DNA of 64,000 nucleotides, from positions 288,001 to 352,000 of the forward strand of contig JAVLKG010000007.1 in assembly GCA_032128875.1 (NCBI GenBank). The letters run 5' to 3'. The position numbers and the translations under genes are program-made. The notes below the pieces were generated by a model, which ran no database searches, was not told the DNA's origin, and saw nothing but the letters and a program-made list of their open reading frames with translations. Source of the stretch: Candidatus Melainabacteria bacterium 17Bon1m. Its GTDB lineage: Bacteria; Cyanobacteriota; Vampirovibrionia; Obscuribacterales; Obscuribacteraceae. Of the stretch, positions 57,813-64,000 are shown piece by piece; the first letter of the stretch is position 1, and the number at the start of each line of letters is the position of its first letter.

Positions 57813-59012
57813 TTAGGCGCCCTTGTTGTCCTTTTCCACGGGCTCGCCATCAGCTTTTGGCGCTGCGGTTTGCCCGTTGGTGACCGATTGCCCGTTTGCA
57901 GTGCAGGGCTGTCCGTTTTCCGGACTGGTTCGCCCGCCGTTGCCGGTCGGTTTTGCGACTTCTGCAGAAGCTGCCTGTGTCGGAGTTACACCGGTGTCTC
58001 CGGTGCGCAAAGGGGTTTGCTGCTCGACGGCATTAGCCTGACCTTGCGGTCCTGCCACTGTCCGATCGTCAGTTTCCAACACCTGAGCCTCCCTGCCGCC
58101 GGCAACTTCATTCGGTGCCCCGTTTTTACTTTTCGTTCTCGTCACCGCATACTCTATAACCTTGTTCATCTCGGCGGCAACCAGGAGAACAAGGCTCGAG
58201 AGCCAGAACCAGAACATCAGAGCCATAACCCCGCCCAGCGAGCCGTAGATGCGGTTGTACGAGGCGAAGGTCAGCACGTATTCGCGGAAGAGCAGCGTGG
58301 CACCCAGAAAAACGATGGTGCCAAAAACACTGCCCGGCGTCACCCAGCGTCCACGCTGATGAGAAGCCGGTCCCATACGGAAAATCAGTGCCATGCTGCC
58401 CATGACGGTAGCCGGCACGACTATCCACTTTACGATGGTCACGTAGTAAGCCGTGTCACCGGTGATGTGAAACAGGCTCAAAATCTGCGGCCATGCCAGA
58501 AGAACGATCAACGCTACGAGCCCAATCGCCATCTGGATGATGGTGATGAGAATCGCCCATAGCCGCACGTGCCAGTACGGGCGCGTTTCCTTCACACCAT
58601 AGATCTTGTTGAGAGCATCCATGATGTCGACGAAAACTGCCGACGCCATCCAGAGCAGCACCACGATGCTGATAGAAACCAGCCCGATTGGTGGCTGCTC
58701 CTGGATGTGTGTGATCTGATCGGTGATCACATTGGCTATGTCGGGCGGAAAGAGAGTCAGCAAAAACTCTCGCACCTGCTCGGGCGTGAGATTGCCGATG
58801 CCCAAATCTACTCCATTTGAAGCTCCCGAGAGATTCGGGAGCAAGTAGATGAAGGCGGTCAGCGCGAGGATAAGGAAGGGAACCGACGCCATCATTGAGC
58901 TGAAGGCGATTGCCGAAGTGCGTGTCAGCACCTCGTGGCGGGTGATGTTGCGCCACGTTTCGACGAAGAGTTCCCAAACAGTCAGTTTGCCTGTCACCTC
59001 GGGCAGTTTCAT
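57813..59012 (-). CDS. YihY/BrkB-family membrane protein
   Basis: SAIAF...SVPFL, ALNKIYGVKETRP, TPGS, YNRIYGSLGGV...WFWLS...AAEMN. Confidence 0.92.
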   Translation of the reverse strand: MKLPEVTGKLTVWELFVETWRNITRHEVLTRTSAIAFSSMMASVPFLILALTAFIYLLPNLSGASNGVDLGIGNLTPEQVREFLLTLFPPDIANVITDQITHIQEQPPIGLVSISIVVLLWMASAVFVDIMDALNKIYGVKETRPYWHVRLWAILITIIQMAIGLVALIVLLAWPQILSLFHITGDTAYYVTIVKWIVVPATVMGSMALIFRMGPASHQRGRWVTPGSVFGTIVFLGATLLFREYVLTFASYNRIYGSLGGVMALMFWFWLSSLVLLVAAEMNKVIEYAVTRTKSKNGAPNEVAGGREAQVLETDDRTVAGPQGQANAVEQQTPLRTGDTGVTPTQAASAEVAKPTGNGGRTSPENGQPCTANGQSVTNGQTAAPKADGEPVEKDNKGA

Positions 59013-60380
59013 TCATTTGCCCTCCGGCTCGCCTGTTGCATTGGCGACCTTGGCGGTGTCGGCGGCCAGGTAGCGAGCGCCCCACAGCCAGAGAACGCCC
59101 GAGAGGAGGATGGCGCCGGACACCACCAGGAAGGCTGTGTTCATGCTGCCGGTTTTGTCCGCAACTGCGCCAATCACCATCGGTGATATCACGTCGCCGA
59201 GCGCGTGAATGATGAGGATGTTGAGCGCGAATGCGGAGGCACGCATCGCAGGATGCGTCACGTTGGCGAGGATAGTGTTGGAAGGACCGGTCGATACGAA
59301 GAGGCAGAAGCAGGCGCCGAAGATGAGACCCCACGCATAGGGAAACGGCGTGTAGAGCGCCGCGATCCAGAGCGGGAAGCCCACCAGCATCGCTGCTGCC
59401 GAGACCTGGAAGTATGCACCCTTGAAACGATCGCGCAGTTTGTCGGCGATCCAGCCACCGAATACGGTGCCGGCGATGCCTGCTACGACGAGAATGCCGC
59501 CGAAGATCAAGTTGACCTGAGCGAGGTTTTCCACACCGCGATATTCGTGGATGTAGGACGGAATCCAGAAAGAGATGCCGCCCATGGCGAAGGTCATCGC
59601 TGCCATGCCGAGCGTGTCGAAGCGGAAGGACGGAATCTTGAGGATGCCGGCGTAGTCCTTGAGGGACATCTTCTTCTTCGACTGTTGGACGAGGTTGTCC
59701 GCGCCGCCGCGGGTGGGCTCTTTCATGAAGAGACACCAGATACCGAGCAGAACGCCGGGCGGAACGACGAGGTAGAACGCCCATTGCCAGCCGAGATGCG
59801 CCGCGACCTGCCCACCCAGGATGAAACCGAGGGCAGCGCCGATCGGAATGGCCAGGTAGAAGAACGCCATCACCTTGCCGCGCACGTTGAGCGGGAAGAT
59901 ATCGGAGAGCATCGCGGGGGCGATAGGACCGTATGCTGCTTCACCGATGCCGACGAAGCATCGTGTGAGGAGCAGCACGCCGAAGGTGGTCGCCAGTCCG
60001 GAGCCGCCTGAGGCGAGACTCCAGAGGATGACACCGAAGGCGATGATCCACCATCGCTTGAGATTGAGGGCGCCGAAGATAGGTGCCGTGATCATGTAGG
60101 TGACCATGAATGCCATCGCCAGAAGGCCAATCATGGCGTTTTCCGGATGACCACCGAGGAAGCCGCCGAAGAAATTCAGCAGCCCCTGCACGAATGGACC
60201 GGGCTCAGCGCCAGGTGCAAAGAATTCTTCTCTGATATTCGGCACAACGGCAGCCAGAACTTGCCGGTCAATCCAGTTGAAGAGATTGATTGCAAGGAGC
60301 AGCCATAGTGCACCTTTCGCTCCGGGCGCGGCGTTGGCAAAAATGCCGCCGGGCGCGGAGCCTTGTTTTTGATCAGACAT
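59013..60380 (-). CDS. MFS transporter, spinster-like
   Basis: INLFNWIDRQ, RCFVGIGEAAYGPIAPAMLSDIFP..RG, HALGDVISP..IG. Confidence 0.92.
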   Translation of the reverse strand: MSDQKQGSAPGGIFANAAPGAKGALWLLLAINLFNWIDRQVLAAVVPNIREEFFAPGAEPGPFVQGLLNFFGGFLGGHPENAMIGLLAMAFMVTYMITAPIFGALNLKRWWIIAFGVILWSLASGGSGLATTFGVLLLTRCFVGIGEAAYGPIAPAMLSDIFPLNVRGKVMAFFYLAIPIGAALGFILGGQVAAHLGWQWAFYLVVPPGVLLGIWCLFMKEPTRGGADNLVQQSKKKMSLKDYAGILKIPSFRFDTLGMAAMTFAMGGISFWIPSYIHEYRGVENLAQVNLIFGGILVVAGIAGTVFGGWIADKLRDRFKGAYFQVSAAAMLVGFPLWIAALYTPFPYAWGLIFGACFCLFVSTGPSNTILANVTHPAMRASAFALNILIIHALGDVISPMVIGAVADKTGSMNTAFLVVSGAILLSGVLWLWGARYLAADTAKVANATGEPEGK

Positions 60381-60409
60381 GTGAGGAGTCCTTAGGGTGA
60401 AACCATCCT

Positions 60410-60461
60410 GTAGGGCTGCGCATGCGCAGCCCTTTCAGGGAACCGCATGCGGTTCCCCTAC
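60410..60461. repeat. GTAG-type REP doublet
   Basis: GTAGGGCTGCGCATGCGCAGCCCT...GGGAACCGCATGCGGTTCCCCTAC. Confidence 0.75.
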
Positions 60462-60534
60462 TCAGGAAGGGATGTTTCATTTATCCGAGTGTCAGGGCTC
60501 GTGCCCGCATTATTGCGAGCAACCGATTTGGAGA

Positions 60535-61305
60535 TTACTTCGTGCGACGACGCGATGCGCCGGGCGTGGAAGTTTTCACCGGTGTGCTTTTGCACGCCGT
60601 GACAAACACTTTGAAGAGCCGCCTATTGCCTTCGAAGTCGCGCTCCGGATGCCATTGCACGCCGATGACAAATCGTTTGCGGAGATGTTCTACCGCTTCG
60701 ATAATGCCATCTTCCGCATGGGCAGTTGCCTTCAGCCAGCGCGCCAATTTGAGCGCCGCCTGATGGTGGGAGCTGACCGTCTGAGCAATGACGGAGCCAT
60801 AGATGGAGAACAGCTTGCTGTCCCGGGCGACCATCGCCGAGTGAGTGGCGCGTGGTTCACCTTCGTTTGCCCGGTGCTTGATGTTCGCTCTGACCGCACA
60901 GTTTGCAAGCGAGGCGAGGTGCTTCGGAATGTCGATGATAAGCGAACCTCCTAGCGCAACGTTAATCAGCTGGAGGCCTCCGCAGATTCCGAGGACTGGG
61001 AGATTGCGCTTGATAGCTTCTTTGGCCAGCGCCAGGTCGAACTTAACCCTGTCCGGGTGGAGCAGTGCCACAGTTTCGTCCTGTTCGCCGCCGTAAAGCT
61101 CGGGATTGTAGTCACGTCCGCCGATGAGGAGGACGCCATCGAGCCGGTCCAGAATGCGCCGCATTGCAGCGGGTTTTGAAGGCGGAATCAGCACCGCAAT
61201 GCCGCCCGCCTTCTCCACCGCTTCGTAGTAGGCACGCGCGACGCGCACCTGTTCCGGCTTTGTGACGTCCACATCGACATTCAAGCCGATGATGGGTTTC
61301 GTCAT
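60535..61305 (-). CDS. Gamma-glutamyl-GABA hydrolase-like class I glutamine amidotransferase (peptidase C26)
   Basis: LDGVLLIGG.D, PVLGICGGLQLINVALGG, SSHHQA, GVQWHPE. Confidence 0.9.
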   Translation of the reverse strand: MTKPIIGLNVDVDVTKPEQVRVARAYYEAVEKAGGIAVLIPPSKPAAMRRILDRLDGVLLIGGRDYNPELYGGEQDETVALLHPDRVKFDLALAKEAIKRNLPVLGICGGLQLINVALGGSLIIDIPKHLASLANCAVRANIKHRANEGEPRATHSAMVARDSKLFSIYGSVIAQTVSSHHQAALKLARWLKATAHAEDGIIEAVEHLRKRFVIGVQWHPERDFEGNRRLFKVFVTACKSTPVKTSTPGASRRRTK

Positions 61306-62291
61306 AGCGTTGCCATATCCTCGATTACGTACATGATGCCGTCGACTGCCAGCGTCATACGCGTGAAGTCGAGGCGATCGATGGTGTCTTTGGGTGTGTG
61401 GTAGAGCGGGTAACGGAAGTTGGACGTGTCGGTGACCATCACACCATCGTAACCATGCTGCCAGAAAGCCCAGTGGTCCGAGCGACCGGCGTCCTTGGCG
61501 AAGGACGGCGCCGCGACACCTTCGGAAGGCAGTCCCGCATGTTTGCGGAACACCTCAACGCAGCGGCGCACAAAACTGCGACCCTTGGCGTTGCCGACGA
61601 AAGCCAGGAAATTGGCGACGGTCGGATAGAACAGGTTGAACGGGCTCGGGTAGTGCTGGGAGTTGGGCTCGGTCGAGTAAACGCCGAGCATCTCCAGAGA
61701 GAGCATGCCAACGATGTTCTCGTTGCGCTCACGGCAGCGTTTCGCATAGGCAAAACTGCCCATCTGGTCCCAGGTGCCGCCCGGATGCTCTTCATTGGCA
61801 AAAGCCACGAAGCGAATTGTGCGGTCGGGAGCATTGGCAGCGGATCGGCGGCAGAAGGCGCGGCACAACTCCAGCATGGCGGCGACGCCGGTGCCGTTGT
61901 CGTCCGCTCCGGGAGTGTTGTTGACGGTGTCATAGTGAGCACCGACCACAACAATTTCATCAGGGCGCTTCTTGCCTTTGATTTCGACGATCAGATTCGG
62001 CATTACCTTGCCATCGAACTCGATGTTCTGACGCTCGACCTCGAGATTGAGTCCCTTGAACTCGCGCTCGATGTAGTCGATAGCCTTGAGCATGCCGGCG
62101 TAGTTGCCGATGCTGCGCTCACCGATCTGAACCGCCAGCGTTTCGACGTGCTCAGTCAGCCGCGCGCGCAGCAATTCTTGCGGCCGTCCGAAAGACGGCA
62201 GGCGACCCCGATAGCTCTGTCCCGGCATTTTGACGTACCGGTAAGCCAGAGGGTAGAGCAAGAACTTGAGAATGGTTTTCTTGAAGCTCAT
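61302..62291 (-). CDS. M28-family metallopeptidase
   Basis: VVVGAHYDT, PGADDNGTG, FANEE, SLEMLG, RSDH..FW, YH...D. Confidence 0.92.
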   Translation of the reverse strand: MSFKKTILKFLLYPLAYRYVKMPGQSYRGRLPSFGRPQELLRARLTEHVETLAVQIGERSIGNYAGMLKAIDYIEREFKGLNLEVERQNIEFDGKVMPNLIVEIKGKKRPDEIVVVGAHYDTVNNTPGADDNGTGVAAMLELCRAFCRRSAANAPDRTIRFVAFANEEHPGGTWDQMGSFAYAKRCRERNENIVGMLSLEMLGVYSTEPNSQHYPSPFNLFYPTVANFLAFVGNAKGRSFVRRCVEVFRKHAGLPSEGVAAPSFAKDAGRSDHWAFWQHGYDGVMVTDTSNFRYPLYHTPKDTIDRLDFTRMTLAVDGIMYVIEDMATL

Positions 62292-62326
62292 ATTATTGTC
62301 TCCTCAAGTTTTTCACATTTCCGCAC

Positions 62327-63391
62327 TTAAGGGAGGATATGAGGGGCTTCCTTCAGGAAGACACCCTCGACTTGGCGAGCGAAGCAGCGCTTGCGAATCG
62401 ACTTGATGTCGATGGCGGCAAGGTTGCGGCGCAGCCTAAGGAGAGCGTCCCGATTTTCTACCGGGATGCGTTTGCCGCGTTCGAGAGCGTCCACCGTGGA
62501 GATGAACCCTTCGACTACTGCGTGCCATTTCTGGTCGAGATTGAGCGTGAACTCCATGGCGTGAAATCCACGAATCATCGGCTGAGCGAGCATCAAGCCG
62601 TCCTTTTCTTCGGGATGGACTGCATCGATGGACACGCACTTTCCGCCGCAAAAGATGTGGAAGAGCATGCGTAGCCACCGATTTTTCTTGATGATCTCTT
62701 CGCTGATGTCGATGGCGAAGATGTCCGATTTCTTGACGCCGAAATAACGCGGCGGCAAGTCGACTGGGCACTCACCGAACTCGGTGAAGGCCCCGTCCCA
62801 CAGCGGCTCGCCTTTGAAGGCGACCGCATCGATCACGCCGGGAATGGCGCAGGAAGCGCGAACAGCCATACCCACAGGCACGGGCTCGTTGGCCACGTGC
62901 AGCGGGTGCGTGCCGAGACCCATGTGATGAGCACCGTTTTTGGTGAACACCACATAGCCACGATCGGCACTGGCGACTGTCCAGTATTTGTCAGGCCACG
63001 TCTTGGTGACGGTGCTGACGAAAGTCCCCAGCTTCTCGCTAGAGAAAACGCCGTTTTCCGGGCGAGTCTGCTCATAGCGATACTTCATGAGGAGTGCGAG
63101 AACTTGTCCGAGCTTGCCGGTCTTTGGCGTGAGCAGGCTGGAGAAATCCGTCTGCAACGCGTGCGACAGAATCTGCGTGGCATCTGCTCCGCTTGCCAGA
63201 AGTGCTGCGGGTATCGACCCGCCAGAAGCACCTCCGATGGTGGCAAAGTTTTTCAGTCCGGCGAGTTGAAGGGCAACGATGGCTCCGGCACCAGCCAGAA
63301 CCGCTTTGCTCCCTCCGCTTCCGAAGACCACATTCAGCTCGCCCATTTCGCTAGAACGCAGAACGAGGTCTGCTTCATTTGGGCTTGTCAT
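62327..63391 (-). CDS. Patatin-like phospholipase
   Basis: FGSGGSK, GASGG (nucleophile), AVRASCAIPG, WDGA. Confidence 0.88.
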   Translation of the reverse strand: MTSPNEADLVLRSSEMGELNVVFGSGGSKAVLAGAGAIVALQLAGLKNFATIGGASGGSIPAALLASGADATQILSHALQTDFSSLLTPKTGKLGQVLALLMKYRYEQTRPENGVFSSEKLGTFVSTVTKTWPDKYWTVASADRGYVVFTKNGAHHMGLGTHPLHVANEPVPVGMAVRASCAIPGVIDAVAFKGEPLWDGAFTEFGECPVDLPPRYFGVKKSDIFAIDISEEIIKKNRWLRMLFHIFCGGKCVSIDAVHPEEKDGLMLAQPMIRGFHAMEFTLNLDQKWHAVVEGFISTVDALERGKRIPVENRDALLRLRRNLAAIDIKSIRKRCFARQVEGVFLKEAPHILP

Positions 63392-64000
63392 TTTGAGAAT
63401 CCCTGGTTTTTAGGCGTTGGGAAGTAGAAACGAAGACGACAGCTCATCTCCACACCAGCAGGCAACCGATTCGGCAAGCGCTGCAATCCTGAAGAACGCA
63501 GATACGCGTCAACCGGTTCGCAGAACGCTCATGCAATGCACCGCCAGGTTCAGGTTCGCAAACAATGCGTCGCTAAAAACTAGAGCGGTGTAGTTCGGAA
63601 CTATGAGTTTCAAGAAAGGCAACGTGGTTAGAAACCTTTCTTTGAAACACACATCTGGTAAAGCGATAAGCACTTCAAATCACATGTCGCGCTTGCGCGC
63701 AGACACGGAAATAAGTAACCAAGATCAAAGGTCAGATGGACTTGATGGGTTTGGTTTTAAAACAGGTAAGAAACAAAAGTGCTTCGAGATTCTATAAAAA
63801 AGAGACTTCTGTATTCTTGATGTCATAAGCCTAAAAAGATCGAATGCTAATAAACACAGATCACACAGCTTCAGCAGAGCTAGCATATCTTGTCATCTTT
63901 CTGCTGCGCGAAACCTTTGTCACGCAATGGTTTTAGCATTATGGCCAGGCGGTGCTAGATCTTGAGTGACTGAGCAAAACAACTTAAGTCGGGCGTAATC

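Noticed and set aside
58456-59784. 442-aa Arg-rich minus-strand ORF
   Set aside because: Alternative frame over the clear MFS and YihY genes; GC-rich frame artefact.
19688-63838. TTTTAGGC/GCCTAAAA 8-mer recurring in several intergenic regions (near 19690, 26343, 42944, 63408, 63829)
   Set aside because: Short, AT-rich and inconsistent in orientation; cannot be separated from chance without genome-wide counts.

Overview
Bacterial chromosomal window with about 50 CDS. I found no rRNA, tRNA or CRISPR array. The cyanobacterial-type ClpC N-domains, the absence of photosynthesis genes and the many large orphan proteins suggest a non-photosynthetic Cyanobacteriota relative (Vampirovibrionia/Obscuribacterales-like); this is inference only. 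Recognisable genes: a ligase-associated DNA-damage operon (exonuclease, ATP-dependent ligase, Lhr-like helicase), icd, a CPA2/Kef antiporter, an M20 amidohydrolase, mutL, a NarL-type two-component pair, aspartate kinase, two YbjQ-like genes, a beta-CASP nuclease, cytidine deaminase, and a patatin/M28/C26/MFS/YihY/EamA operon. Accessory content: a Phd-RelE toxin-antitoxin pair, a decayed serine recombinase beside a large secreted HExxH protein, and GTAG-type REP palindromes. Most interesting: (1) four tandem stand-alone Clp-N-domain genes with no ATPase; (2) an icd-led operon with a degenerate NMNAT-methyltransferase fusion, an Nmad-like protein and a GNAT, a candidate nucleotide-modification system; (3) two large proteins sharing a Gly-rich hydrophobic module but with different C-terminal enzymes, polymorphic-effector style; (4) a recurring TTGAnn-N16-18-GGGYNAWAKC promoter-like motif ahead of long leaders; (5) an unannotated Lys/Thr-rich uORF before aspartate kinase; (6) a motif-divergent RelA/SpoT-like synthetase. 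All family calls come from reading motifs by eye; no searches were run.
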